This document shows, piece after piece, positions 13,301 to 26,727 of a stretch of 64,000 nt of DNA. A program made the translations under genes and the position numbers. The notes under the pieces were generated by a model, which was not told the DNA's origin, did no database searches, and worked only from the letters and a program-made list of their open reading frames with translations. The stretch comes from Octopus sinensis (Eukaryota). How positions within the stretch are numbered: the first letter of the stretch is position 1; every line of letters begins with the position of its first letter. The stretch lies in assembly GCF_006345805.1 (NCBI RefSeq), contig NC_043016.1, forward strand, positions 19,096,001 to 19,160,000. Reading direction: 5' to 3'.

Positions 13301-13640
13301 ATCATATCCATTGTTCCTCTACCAGAATGGAAGCCACATTGAGATTCATATAGAACATCATTTACAAAGTATTTATTTAGGAAGGCAAGAAGAATACTTG
13401 CCAGAACCTTGCCAGCAGCTGACAATAGAGCAATTCTTCTACATCTGCCACACTTTATTACGACACCCTATCATTTACAGAAAGGAACAACAACATACCT
13501 CCTGACAATACTAATAAGCACATGAAAATTCTATATGATACTGCCAAAGTGAAAGACCTTACCTCAATTCTGTTTTTTTCCAAATGCTTTACCAAGATCC
13601 AACTTGCAGAGTTCAAAGACCTGGTTACAGGTCTTTGCTA
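13300..13640 (-). mobile_element. RTE-clade LINE RT fragment
   Basis: LLSAAGKVLASILL...LYESQCGFHSGRGTMDM matches the RTE RT motifs GKILARILL...ESQCGFR..RGTxDM. Confidence 0.75.
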
Positions 13641-13825
13641 AGCAGTGTCAATTTCTGTATCATTTGTACCTGACTTACGCTTTAGAAGTTCAGTGAAAAT
13701 ATGTTACTCCAATTAAACAATCCCACTAACCGCCAATCTTTCGTTGTACGTTGTTGCGCGTGCATTCGGTGCCTGCTATACATCAACATCAGTGATTCAG
13801 TCATACTCAGAAGCAGGATGGAGCA

Positions 13826-14994
13826 AACCAAAAAGCCTAGACACCTACCTAAAAAGCTCTGAGGAATGGAAGTTAAAACCTGTCTCAGAGCATGAAAGCA
13901 AGAAAGTATCATATTCAGTAACAAAACAGGCAAAGGAATATCTAAGTGAAGTCCAAATACAATAAATCCCAGAATTAGACGTACTGGAAACAAGCACAGA
14001 AAAAGCTAAGTGCATGAAAACCCATGCAGTTTTAACTGCTGTCTTAGATATTTTGATTGATACATGGCAATAAAAACCTCTCTATGGCAAATACAGAAAG
14101 AGAGCGAATAACGCAGATGTTGACAAAGCCCTTACCCATAAATGGCTTATGGCTTCTGGCTTAAAATCTGAAACAGAAGGGTTTATCATAGGAGCCCAAG
14201 ATCAATGCCTACCTAGAAGGAACTACCAGGCCAACATATTAAAGAACAGCAGTTGCCTAACATGTCGTGTATGTCAACAACAAAATGAAACAATTGATCA
14301 TGTTGTCTCCAAGTGCAGTCTTTTTGCGACTACAGAGTATCTCAACAGGCATGATAGAGCTTCACAATATATTCACTGGCTAATTTGCAAAAACCTGAAC
14401 TGGTACGAACACAAACCACCTCCAGTGCTTGAAAATGATCACATCTTACTCTTCTGGAACTTCACCATTCAAACTGACAGAACGATAGATGCAAATAGGC
14501 CAGACATTATATTGAAAGACTTCAGGCAAAAATCATGCCCCCTCATTGATATGCTGTCCCAATCGATATTGACGTATCTGTCAAGACCTACCAATAACTG
14601 AACAAGTATAAAGATCTTGAAATAGAAGTTAGCAAATTGTGTAATACCACGACTAAAACAATACCTATTGTCATAGGTTCCTTAGGAATGATAGCAAAAG
14701 GGGCTGATTCCTACCTAGCTCAGGATACCCCAAAATGGCAGAAATTCAAAAGATAGTGCTGATGGGAACTGCCAATATCCTACATAAGACACTTTCTATG
14801 CAATCTCAAATTTTGAAATAAACTTATAATTTTCTTATGGCTTCTTAAACATTCTCTAGAACAACACTATGTACAAAACCAAATATATGGCACCCTAGGC
14901 ATAACACCAACATGAACTTCTAACTCGTCTCTTGAGGTCTCTTGGTGAGACTTGGAACCAACTTGTACAAATGCAAAGCAAGAGTCAAACATAA

Positions 14995-14995
<1 letters not shown>
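13826..14995 (+). mobile_element. R4/Dong-clade LINE 3' fragment (family B), ending at (AAT)n
   Basis: ORF 14149-14601 has GLKSETEGFIIGAQDQ, CRVC..ETIDHVVSKC..RHD and RPDIILKD. 3'UTR followed by (AAT)n. Confidence 0.85.
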
Positions 14996-15064
<69 letters not shown>

Positions 15065-15075
15065 TAATAATAATG

Positions 15076-15158
<83 letters not shown>

Positions 15159-15213
15159 AATACTAATAATAATAATAATAATAATATAATATAATAATAA
15201 TAATAATAATAAT
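14996..15213. repeat. (AAT)n/(GAT)n array
   Basis: Direct reading. Confidence 0.95.
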
Positions 15214-15829
15214 CCTTTGTGTCTTTTGATATTGCATTACAATATCAAAACTGCCGACAAGTGGTATAATCACCACCCTGAAGCTGTAACTGAAGAAGAA
15301 AATGTAACGATTCTGTGGGACTTTCCAGTACATACAGACCGAACCATGAAAGCCAATAAACCGGATATTGTTGTGAAAGACCAAAACAATAAAGTTTGCT
15401 TATTGATCGACATGAGCATCCCCTGTGATCATAATATCTCAGCGAAAGAGTTTGACAAGCTCAGAAAATATAAAGACCTGCTCATTGAAATTGAGAAAAT
15501 GTGGTAACTCAAGGCGGTTACAATACCAGTGATTGTAGGAGCACTAGGAATGATCAAGAAGGGAACCGAAAATTATATGAGAATGATCCCTGGCTTACAA
15601 TCCCAGCAAGAAGTGCAAAAGATTGTCTTAACTGGTACATCAAACGTATTGAGAAGAGCATTGTCGATGTGAGAACTATTACTACCCATGTATTTTAATT
15701 TAACTTTAAAAAAAATGAACGAACTAGTGAGTTTAGTTTAATGGCCTACCAATGTATACTATGAGTTTCTTTGCCCTAGGAGTCGGGAAGACACTTGGCA
15801 AGAAATGGAAGCAAATTGAAAGAGGAAAA
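15214..15829 (+). mobile_element. R4/Dong-clade LINE 3' fragment (family C), flanked by (AAT)n on both sides
   Basis: ILWDFPVHTDRTMKANKPDIVVKD..CLLIDMSIP..KYKDL (PD-D-K REL nuclease), with a distinct 3'UTR. Confidence 0.85.
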
Positions 15830-15839
15830 ATAATAAATA

Positions 15840-15898
<59 letters not shown>

Positions 15899-15901
<3 letters not shown>

Positions 15902-16141
15902 CCCTGATGCAGTACCAGGCAGTGGCTCTCATGGCTACTCGACCAGAAGAAAATTCTAACTGGGCCCCACCTGCAAGGTCATGTGCTGTTTTTCTTGATA
16001 TGAGAGCACTATGTCGCGCACATATAGTTGTGATGTATGTGCCTGGTGTACCCTTATCAGATGAGCAGTCATGATGGGTATACTGGGCTTCGTATATTTT
16101 ACCCCAGTGTCACTTTGATGACATGCACTGCTCTCTCACTC
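15899..16141 (+). mobile_element. 557-bp element copy 2, internally deleted (~310 bp)
   Basis: The first ~38 nt join directly to the 3' portion at a GGCT microhomology. (AAT)n on both sides. Confidence 0.85.
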
Positions 16142-16195
<54 letters not shown>

Positions 16196-16199
<4 letters not shown>

Positions 16200-16333
16200 C
16201 CGGGAAACGTTTAAGAGAGAACACCGGGGAACGTTTAAGAAGAACACCGGGGAACGTTTAAGAAGAACACCGGAGAACGTTTAAGAAGAACACCGGGGAA
16301 CGTTTAAGAGAGAACACCGGGGAACGTTTAAGA
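16196..16333 (+). repeat. Six tandem 23-24-bp monomers (AACACCGGGGAACGTTTAAGA[A]G) at the LINE 5' end
   Basis: Units start at 16196, 16220, 16243, 16266, 16289 and 16313. Confidence 0.95.
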
Positions 16334-19300
16334 TGTAAGAAGGAAAATTCAGAGCTCCGAAACCTATCCACAAACATCGAAAACAAGGACATCCTATGGA
16401 GCCAAAGTTTTACTAACAAAGAATTGGACTGTATCCGAGTAAGTAATACTAATTGAAATTTATTACTATTTTCGAAACGAAATGATGTATTTTGACTCGA
16501 TATCATCTCCACCTCTAACGCAACACATGTAAACATGCGTGAAACATCACGATCATCCCCGACCTCAAACACCATGTACAAAGGAACTACGAAGAAATTA
16601 AATGCCACCGATACTATTCAACCCAAGAATAACAATCGAGCGGTACGTACATTAAACTTACAACAAAAAATGTACGAAAAACTACACGTGCGAAATAATG
16701 TGACAACAGAAATAAACGGACCGGTACCCTACGAAAATGACGACCGTCAAAATAATGGGCCGGACGTTGTACCTCATGTCCCGCAAATAAAACCCAAAAG
16801 ACGTAAATGGACACGTGAGGAATACATTTCTATCTTACACGCATACTTCACAGCGATACTCTACCCAAAAAATGAAAATACAACAACACATACATATAAA
16901 ATATGGAAGGAAAATAATAGAGATATAGACTTGGATACAGCAATGAACCCTAATAAATTAGCTAACGTACGAAGATACATTCTCAACACAAAAAAATATC
17001 AGAAACAGAAATAGAACACCTAAAGAAAACATACACCAGGAAAATGTAGATAGAAGCCACACAACAATGCCCAATAATATAAACACTGAAACTGTAAAAC
17101 ACGAAGACAAACGCAACATTCCAAACAAACACGATGTAAACAACGAAGGGGAGCCTAATGATTATGATAATATAAAAAATAAAATAATCAAAGAACTGAA
17201 AACCACAGAGCTCAAAATGGACCAACGACCATACCTCCCAAGAATCAAAATAAACGAAATAACAACACCTATTATAAACAGCATAAACCTAGCCGTCACT
17301 GAACTGATAGCCACTGATAAAAAAAAAGTGATATCACTGAGCTAAATAACCTAAATACGCAGCAGCCACTGCAGCCACAAAAGAAGCTGGATACTCACCC
17401 AAACCCGCCCAAACAGGAGTACCCCCACAAACAAACCCTGTGGATAAATAACATCCAAAGCAAAATAAAAAAATTAGAAAAGACCTGTCGATTCTTAATG
17501 AAATCAGCAAACATCAACGCTACTGAGCAACAAAAAGAGAACGAAAATACTCCGCAAATATAACATCACAGAGAAAGATTTGCCTGAAATACAAGAAAAG
17601 CTGAAGCAAGATATCCTTGCCAAAGCACAAAGGATCCGCCGGTACAAGAAACGCCAACGCTTCTTTGAAGAAAACAAAAAGTTCAACTCCAACCCCAAAA
17701 AGTTCTACCAAGAACTGGGCAAAAAAAAATAGAAGTCACTGCAGCACCAACGGCAGAAGAATTGGAAGAATTCTGGAGAGAAATATGGTCGGCGAACGAA
17801 CCACCAAAAAAAAGGAGTATCAAAATAACAAACTCGGCATCTGAACAACTTTGGACCCCCATAACAACTGAAGAGGTCACCCAGGCACTGCAAAGACTAA
17901 GCAACTGGAAGGCACCTGGGCATGACAAGATCCCCAACTTCTGGTTGAAATATCTAACAGGAATGCACAAAAAGCTGGCTGAAAACTTTAACAACGTACT
18001 AGCAGAGCCAGAGACAATGCCTGAATGGCTCATGAAGGGGAAAACCATCTTAATTCCCAAATCAATGAAACAGAAAAACCAGAAAACTACAGACCAATAA
18101 CCTGCCTCCCTACTATGTTCAAGGCATTTACTGCAGTGATATCACAAAGGCTGAACAAGCACCTGGACGAAAACAAACTGTTCCCAGAAGAGCAGAAAGG
18201 ATGCCGCAAAGGCTCATATGGCTGTAAAGATCAACTAATGATTAATAAAGCCATAACTGAAGACAGCCACAGAAAGAAGAAAGGCCTCAGTATGGCCTGG
18301 ATTGACTACAAAAAGGCGTTGATAGCATCCCCCACACATGGATCCTCGAAACACTAGCCATTAACAAAGTAGCACCAACAATCATAAAATTCATAGAGCA
18401 CTCTATGAATAAATGGCAAACAGTCCTACACCTCCAAACAAAAGAGGGACTCATGAAAACCAAAGACATCCATTAGAAGAGGAATATTCCAGGGAGACAC
18501 GCTCTCTCCACTCTTTCTGCTGGCACTGTCACCTCTATCTGATATGCTAAATAGAACTGGATGCGGATATAAATGTTACGGCAAAACGATCAGCCACCTT
18601 TTATATATGGATGACCTAAAACTATACGCTGCAAATGACAAACAACTGGAAACACTATTAAAGACAGTTCATGGATTTACCAAAGAATATATATGAAATT
18701 GGATTAGAAAAATGCGCCAAAGTAACCATGAAAAGACGAAAACTAGTTAAGAGTAACAACATCACACTAGATAAAACCAATGAAATAAAAGAATTAGACC
18801 AAAGCCAAACTTACAAATACTTAGGAATCCATGAACTAGATAAGACACAACACACACAAATGAAAGAGAAAATGAAAAAAGAATATTATAGACGAGTTAG
18901 ATCAATACTAAACACAGAGCTCAATGCTAAAAACAAGATAATAGGTATCAACACTTTAGCTGTCCCAGTTATAAGTTACAGCTACAATATCCTTACTGGA
19001 CACGAAATGAACTGACCAAAATAGATAGGAAAACAAGAAAAAAATGACAGGATCTAGGATGCATCACCAAAATCTGACATAGAAAGACTATATATACAAC
19101 GTTATAGAAGGTGGTAGAGGCCTTATACAGCTGAAAACTACTATAACATAACCACCATAGGACTGCAAAAATATCTACTTCAGAAGGAAAGAAAACTGAT
19201 CCAGATAGCAGCAAAACACGAGCAAAACAAAAAACTGTTCTCAGTATTTAAGGAAGCTGACAAATACAAAAGGAAATCATACCACCTAATAAAATGAAGA

Positions 19301-20243
19301 AGAAGAAGAGATGAAAGAAACAACAAAAGCTATAAAACAAATGAAATCCAAACTAAAATAGAACAGCAACGAACCATGATAAAACGATTGGCAAGAAAAG
19401 CCCCTTCATGGTAAATACGACTAAACTAAACGCAAAAGAAATAGAAAAGAAAATCCCAGCAATGGTTGAGAAGCTCAGGACTCAAAGCAGAAACAGAGGG
19501 ATTTTTAATTGCAGCACAAGACCAAAGCCTCCCCACCAGAAATTACCAAAAACATGTAATGAAAAGAAATATTACAAGTAACGCAGAATATGTGGAGATG
19601 GACAAGAAACAATAAATCATATTATCTCTAGCTGCCCAGTCTTGGCTAAGAAGGAATATATTCACAGACATGACAGAGTTAGAACCTACATACATTGGAA
19701 GCTATGCCAACATTATGGAATAACAACAGAAAAAAGATGGTATAGGCACACACCAGAAAAGGTCACAGAAAACGAGAAAACAACCATACTCTGGGATATG
19801 CCGATACACACAGACAGAGAAATTAAGGCCAACATACCAGATATAGTTGTCAAAGACCATGAAGAAAAAAAATGCTTTCTAATTGATGTATCAATACCGG
19901 CTGAGGACAACGTGTCTCTAAAAGAAATGGAGAAACTCTCAAAATACAAAGACCTGGAAATAGAGGTAACTAGAATGTGGAATCAGAAAACAGAAACAAT
20001 TCCTATCATAGTAGGTGCATTAGGCATGATAAAAAAAAATTCAGACAAATACATAACAAAAACACCAGGACTTACAAACACATATAACATCAGAAAATTG
20101 CACTACTAGGCACTGAACACATCCTACGCAGACATTTTCCATACAATAACAATCAGAGCATCACAACAAATCACAGCACATACCCAAGGCACACAGAGCT
20201 GCGCTCGGTAGTGAAGTGAAAGCACGCTATAAAAATAAAACTA

Positions 20244-20246
<3 letters not shown>
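16196..20246 (+). mobile_element. Near full-length R4/Dong-clade non-LTR retrotransposon (family A), frameshifted
   Basis: N-terminal RRKWTREE..NPNKLANVRRYIL. RT motifs APGHDKIPNFWLK, EQKGCRKGSYGCKDQL, AWIDYKKA, GIFQGDTLSP, LLYMDDLKLY. CCHC motif RICG..ETINHIISSCP..HDRV. REL motif PDIVVKD..LIDVSIP..KYKDL. (AAT)n at both ends. Confidence 0.92.
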
Positions 20247-20286
<40 letters not shown>

Positions 20287-20289
20287 TAC

Positions 20290-20330
<41 letters not shown>

Positions 20331-20420
20331 TAATAATAATAATAAAATAAGAATAATAATAATAATAATAATAATAATTAATAATAATAATAATAAAATA
20401 ATAAATAATCATAATAATAA

Positions 20421-20486
<66 letters not shown>

Positions 20487-20556
20487 TAATAATAATAATA
20501 TAATAATATAATAATAAATAATAATAATAAAATAATAATAATAATAATAATAATAA
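20247..20556. repeat. (AAT)n array
   Basis: Direct reading. Confidence 0.95.
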
Positions 20557-21103
20557 ATGCCCTGATGCAGTACCAGGCAGTGGCTCTCATGGCTTCTGAT
20601 CTTATTGATGGAAGTGTTATCATGTACATTGTTTTGTCTTGGTATAAAAGATGGGCTACAGCAAATATTCTGCTCAATACCACAGATTTGCTTGTCAGTT
20701 GTTTGACCTTAACCAGTTGAGCATGTCCCTTAGTGGTGACGATATGTGCATCTCTGATCACGAGCAGAAGTAGTGGGGGAGCATCATAGCCATGTGTTGA
20801 GAGGGATTCTTTGAGTTTGAATAATTCACCTCTGGAAACATGGGTGGTTCTTTCAACATCTTAAAAACCCTTATTCAGGGACCTTTTGAGCGGGATGGGC
20901 TACTCAACCTGAAGAAAATTCTAACTGGGCCCCACCTGAAGGTCATGTGCTGTTATTTTGATATGAGATCACCATGATGCACACATATGGTTGTGATGCA
21001 TGTGCCTGGTGTACCCTTATCAGACGGGTAGTCATGATGGGTATATTGGGCTTCGTATATTTTACCCCAGGTCACTTTGATGGCATAAACTGCTCTCTCA
21101 CTC
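20557..21103 (+). mobile_element. 557-bp element copy 3 (full length)
   Basis: ATGCCCTGATGCAGTACC...CTGCTCTCTCACTC between (AAT)n arrays. Confidence 0.9.
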
Positions 21104-21153
<50 letters not shown>

Positions 21154-21173
21154 AAATAATAATAATAATAATA

Positions 21174-21236
<63 letters not shown>

Positions 21237-21249
21237 TGATGATGACAAT

Positions 21250-22733
21250 CCCCACTCCTTTTTTGTTTGACACTGACGCCTTTACATGACATGCTAAACA
21301 GATCTGGATGTGGATACAAATATTACGGCAAAACAATGAACCATCGTTTGTATATGTAAGATGTAAAACTGTATACCACAAATGATAAATAGTTGCAAAC
21401 ATTACTGCAGACAGTACATGGGTTTACCAAAGAAATAAACATGAAATTTGGCTTGGAAAAATGTGCCAAAGCAACCTTGGAAAGAAGAAAACTAGTTGAG
21501 AGTAGCAACACTTCACTAGATAAAGCAAATGAAATAAGAGAATTAGACCAAAACCAGACATACAAATACTTAGGAATCAATGAACTAGATACGATGCAAC
21601 ACGCGCAGATGAAAGAGAAAATGAGAAAGTAATATTATAGACGAGTTAGATTAATACTGAAAACAGAGCTCAATGCGAAAAACAAAAAAAAAGGTAATAG
21701 CCGTCCGAGTTATAAGTTACAGCAACAATATTTCTTAACTGAACTCTAAATGAGCTATTCAAGATAGACAGGAAAACAAGAAGAATAAGGACAGGATTTA
21801 AGATGAACCACCTAACCTAAAATCTTACATAGAATGGTTATATATACAACGTATGGAAGGTGACAGAGGCCTTATACAGCTAGACAGCTATTACAAAATA
21901 ACCACCAAAGGATTACAGGAATACCTATTTTAGAAGCAAGGAAAACTAATGCAAATAGCCACAAAAAAACGAACAAGACAAAAACTGCGTTCTGTCTTTG
22001 AGGAAGCAAACAAATACAAACAGAAGAAAAACAACAACAAAAATTGTAAAACAAATGAAATCCAAGCTAAAAGTGGAACAGTAACGGGTCATAATAAAAC
22101 GATAGCAAGAAAAGCCCTTTCATGGCAAATATTGAATTATGATAAATAGATAAGAAATAGACAAAGCAAAATCCCAACAATAGCTGAGAAGCTCAGGACT
22201 GAATTGCAGCACAAGACCAAAGCCTCCCTGTCAGAAATCACCAAAAATACGCAGTGAAAAGAAACACAACAAATAACTGCAGTATTTGTGGTGATGGATA
22301 AGAAACAATGAATAATATTGTCTCTGGCTGCCCAGTCCTGATTAAGAAGGAATATATTCACAGACATGACAGAGTTGGACCCTATATACACTGGAATCTA
22401 TGCCAACACTACAAAGTAACTACATAAAAAAGAGATATAGGCACACACAAGAAAACGTCAAAGAAAATGAGAAAGCAACCATACTCTGAGATATGCCAAT
22501 ACACACAGATAGAGAAATTAAGGCCATTAGGCTGGATATAACTGTCAGACATCACCAAGAAAAAATGCTTTCTAATCGATGTATCAATACCAACAGATGA
22601 CAATGTTTCTCTAAGAGAAACGGAGAAACTTTCAAGATCTGGAAATAGGTAACTCGAATGTGTAGTCTAAAAACAGAAACAATCCCTATCATAGTAGGCG
22701 CATTAGGTATGATAAAAAACACATTCAGACGAA
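21250..22733 (+). mobile_element. 5'-truncated, degenerate R4/Dong LINE related to family A
   Basis: PLLFCLTLTPL..LQTLLQTVHGFTKEINMKFGLEKCAK, colinear with about 18500-20040. Confidence 0.85.
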
Positions 22734-22735
22734 TG

Positions 22736-22777
<42 letters not shown>

Positions 22778-22788
22778 ATAGTAGTAGT

Positions 22789-23292
22789 ACGCGAATAGAA
22801 AAGGAGAAACGACAATGTGGCCAGATATGTCCACTGGCTGTTGTGCGGTAAAGCAAACTTCGGGAGAGCCGAACAATGGTATGAACACAAGCCAGAGGGA
22901 GTAATGAAAAACGAACATTACAAAATACTCTGGGATTTTAACATACAGTACGACCAAGTCATAGAGGCGAGACGACCAGATATCGTGATCATCCATAATG
23001 ATGAAAAAGGATTAAAAATAATAGATGTGGAAATACCAGGCGATTCGAGGGTGAAATCTAAGGAAACAGAAACGTGTAAGAAATTCCAGCCACAGCGGGA
23101 CGAGATAGGAAAGTTATGGGGCATGTGGAAAGCGATGGTGATACCGGTGGTAATTGGAGCATTAGGAGCAGTTTCCAAGGGCTTTGAAAAACATTAATAT
23201 TGGAGATGCTGTCAGGCTTGAGGTGATCTAGAAGACACCATTGTTGGGTACAAGGTTGCCAATGCAACCTTGAAAAGAGGAAAACTACTTAA
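22789..23292 (+). mobile_element. REL-LINE endonuclease fragment (divergent family D)
   Basis: ORF 22817-23197 reads WYEHKPEGV..KILWDFNIQYDQVIEARRPDIV..IIDVEIPGD..VIPVVIGALG. Confidence 0.85.
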
Positions 23293-23583
23293 GAGCAGCA
23301 GCAGCAGCAGCAGCAGAAGAAGAAGAAGAAGAAGAAGAAGAAGAAGAAGAAGAAGAAGAAGAAGAAGAAGAAGAAGACGACGAAGAAGAAGAAGAAGAAG
23401 AAGAAGAAGAAGAAGAAGAAGAAGAAGACGAAGAAGAAGAAGAGAAGAAGAAGAGAGCAAGAGAAGAAGAAGAAGAAGAAGAAGAAGGCAAAGAAGAAGA
23501 AGAAGGCAAAGAAGAAGAAGAAGAAGAAGAAGAAGAAGAAGAAGAAGAAGAAGACGACGACGAAGAAGAAGAAGAAGAAGAAG
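23293..23583. repeat. (CAG)n then (GAA)n array
   Basis: Direct reading. Confidence 0.95.
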
Positions 23584-23932
23584 AACTGATTGGAAGTGTT
23601 ATCATGTTTTCTCTTGGTATAAAAGATGCTCAATACCACAGATTTGCTTGTCAGTTGTTTGACCTTAACCAGTTGAGCATGTCCCTTAATGGCTGACGAT
23701 ATGTGCATCTCTGATTAGACCAGACGTAGTGGGGAGCATCATAGCCATGTGTTGAAAGAACGTCTTTGAGGTTTGAATAATTCCCCTCTGGAAACATTGA
23801 TGTTTCGTTCAACATCCTTAAAGAACCCCTATTCAAGGACTTTTTGAGAGGGATGGGCTACTCGACCTGAAGAAAATTCGAACTGAGCCCCACCTGCAAG
23901 GTCATGCATTGCTAATGTTGATATGAGATCAC
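23584..23932 (+). mobile_element. 557-bp element copy 4 (truncated at both ends)
   Basis: Starts AACTGATTGGAAGTG and is colinear with the middle of copies 3 and 5. Confidence 0.85.
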
Positions 23933-23934
23933 AG

Positions 23935-24335
23935 ACAATATTATTGCAATTGAAATAGATGTTTTATTGGTTGAACGATATTTCGACTGTTTTCCTGTCT
24001 TTGTCGAGTTCAAAATGAAAAGTGATACATAGAAATTCAAAATTATTAAAATACAAATGCCTCTCTTATCCGCCATTTTGATAACAATAGAATTATTATT
24101 AGCTAGACGACGGAGTGCGTAACGCTGGAAATTTGTGAGGTTATTCCAGGACTTCTTTCCACTTGTTTTAAAGGCTTTGTCTAATGCCTGTCTGACATGA
24201 TTTAAGAAACTCCAGTAGTGCTTCGGAACGTCCATCCCGAACAAAAATGTTAACACCAGACGAGGGGTTGCCGATGGGTACCCTCATAACAGTTAATTTC
24301 GCTAATGTCTTCATGACAAAATTCGGGACACAGTT
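23935..24335. mobile_element. Penelope-like RT fragments in opposite orientations
   Basis: Minus strand: NNLTNFQRYALRRLANNNSIVIKMADKRG (PLE NLTxxE..IVIKxADKG). Plus strand 24262-24325: GLPMGTLITVNFANVFMTKF (GxxMGT..ANxFM). Confidence 0.7.
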
Positions 24336-24434
24336 AATAAAATACTAACATCTGTCTTGGCTGAATATACCGCTAGTTTTTTAAATAAAAAATGTCATAT
24401 TCCATAATGACAAAAAGGGGTATAAACGTGAGTC

Positions 24435-26583
24435 CTATGGTTGTAAAAATCAGCTATTCATCAATAAGATGTGCTTGGAAGACTGTCACAAACGACACAA
24501 AAACTTGTCGGTAGCCTAGATAGACTATAAAAAAGCTTTTGATAGTCTACCATATAGCTGGATTAAGAAATGTCTGGAAATGTATGAAATAGCATCTACT
24601 CTGCGAAACATCTTGTCTGTAAGTATGAGATCATGAAGAAACACACTGATTTTGAACAGTGACAAAGTATCTCTCAATGCTTGAGATGTAAGGATTTCAT
24701 GTGGCATTTTCCAGGGTGACTCTCTATCACCACTTCTCTTTTGTTTAGTCTTAATACCGCTCTCAAAATCGTTCAATGTTGTACAATATGACTATAAAAT
24801 GTTTGATAATATAAATCATCTCTTTTACATGGATGATTTAAAGCTCTGCAAAAGATGGCCATCCACTATAAGGATTACTAGGAACTGTTAAAGAATTCAG
24901 TGATAACATCAGGATGCAATTTGGCCTCGATAAATGCCCAAAAGTTACCTTTATGAAAGGGAAAATAACAGAAACATCCATTGTTAATCTTGACCAGCAT
25001 AATGTCACAAAGGAATTAGAACCAGCGGAGAGCTACTATTTGAGATGATAGAATCAAACATTCAATGATGAGCGAAAGGATCGGAAGAGAATGTTATCGC
25101 AGGGTAAGAGCAATACTCAAGACAGAGCTGAATGCAAGAAACAGGATCGAAGCGATCAATATTTTAGCCATACCAGTCGTTAACTGGTCAATTACTGAAA
25201 TGCGTGATCTTGACAGAAAAATACGAAAATTATTGACAATGCATATATGTACCACCCTAACGCAGGTATAGAACGACTTTATCTCCCAATAAAAGAGTGC
25301 GGCCGTGGACTTTTACAACTGGAATTAACAATGAAGGTTATCACAATTGGCCTAAACACCTACCTGAAATACTATGATGACTGGACGTTAAAACTTATCT
25401 CAAAACAAGAAAACAAGAAAGCATCATACTCAGTAACAAAACAGGCAAAGGAATATAAAGGTGAATTCCAAATACAATAAATCCCAGAATTAGACGTACT
25501 AGAAACAAGCTAAGCATGTGAAAACCCGTGCTAAAACTGTTGCCAAAGAGAACTAATAATGGTTGATGTTGACAAAGCCCTTACCTATCAAGATTAAAAC
25601 AATATCTGTTGTCATAGGCGCCATAGGAATGATAGCAAAAGGGGCTGATTCCTACCTAGCTCAGATACCAGGATACACCAAAATAGTAGAAATTCAAATT
25701 ATAGTGCTGATGGTTAGTGTCTTCTGGCTTAAAATCAGAAACAGAAGGGATTATCATAGCAGCCCAAGATCAATGCCTACCAACAAGGAACTACCAGGCC
25801 GACATATTAAAGAACGGCAGTAGCTCAACATGTCGTGTATGTCAACAACAAAATGAAACCATTAATCAAGTTGTCTCCATGTACAGTCTTCTTGCGCCTA
25901 CAGAGTATCTCCACAGGCATGATAGAGCAGCACAGTATATTCAATGGGTAATTTGCAAAAGCCTGGACCTGTCCCATGATAATAATTAGTACGAACACAA
26001 AGTACTTCCAGTGCTTGAAAATGATCACATCTCAATACTTAGGAACTTCACCGTTCAAACTGACAGAAATATAGACGTGAATAGTCCAGACATTATATTG
26101 AAAGTCGTCAGACAAAAACCATGCCCCCTTATTGATATGACTGTCCCAATCGACATAAATGCATCTGTCAAGACCTAGCAATAACTGAGCAAGTATAAAA
26201 ATATCAAAATAGAAATTGGCAAAATATGGAACATCAAGATTAAAACAATATCTGTTGTCATAGGCGCCATAGGAATGATAGCAAAAGGGGCTGATTGCTA
26301 CCTAGCTCAGATACCAGGATACACCAAAATAGTAGAAATTCAAAATATAGTGCTGATAGGGACTGTCCATATCCTATGTAAAATACTATCCATTTAATCT
26401 AAAGTTTTAAAACAAACTCATAATTTTCTTATATTCTCTTAAACATTCTCTAGAACAATACTATGTGCCAATCCAAATATATGACACCTTAGGCATAACA
26501 CCAACAGGAACTTCTAACTTGTTATCTCTTGAGATCTCTGGGAGAAACATGGAGCCAACTTGAACAAATATAAAGCAAAGGTC
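24435..26583 (+). mobile_element. 5'-truncated R4/Dong LINE (family B) with RT and REL, ending at (AAT)n
   Basis: GCKNQLFINK..IDYKKAFDSLP, GIFQGDSLSPLLF, FYMDDLKL, GLKSETEG, CRVC. Its 3'UTR is similar to 14800-14995. Confidence 0.88.
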
Positions 26584-26599
26584 AATAATAATAATAAAA

Positions 26600-26708
<109 letters not shown>

Positions 26709-26727
26709 GGATAATAATAATAATAAA

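Noticed and set aside
16196-16333. CRISPR-like short repeats
   Set aside because: The units are contiguous with no unique spacers, there are no cas genes, and the context is a eukaryotic LINE 5' end.
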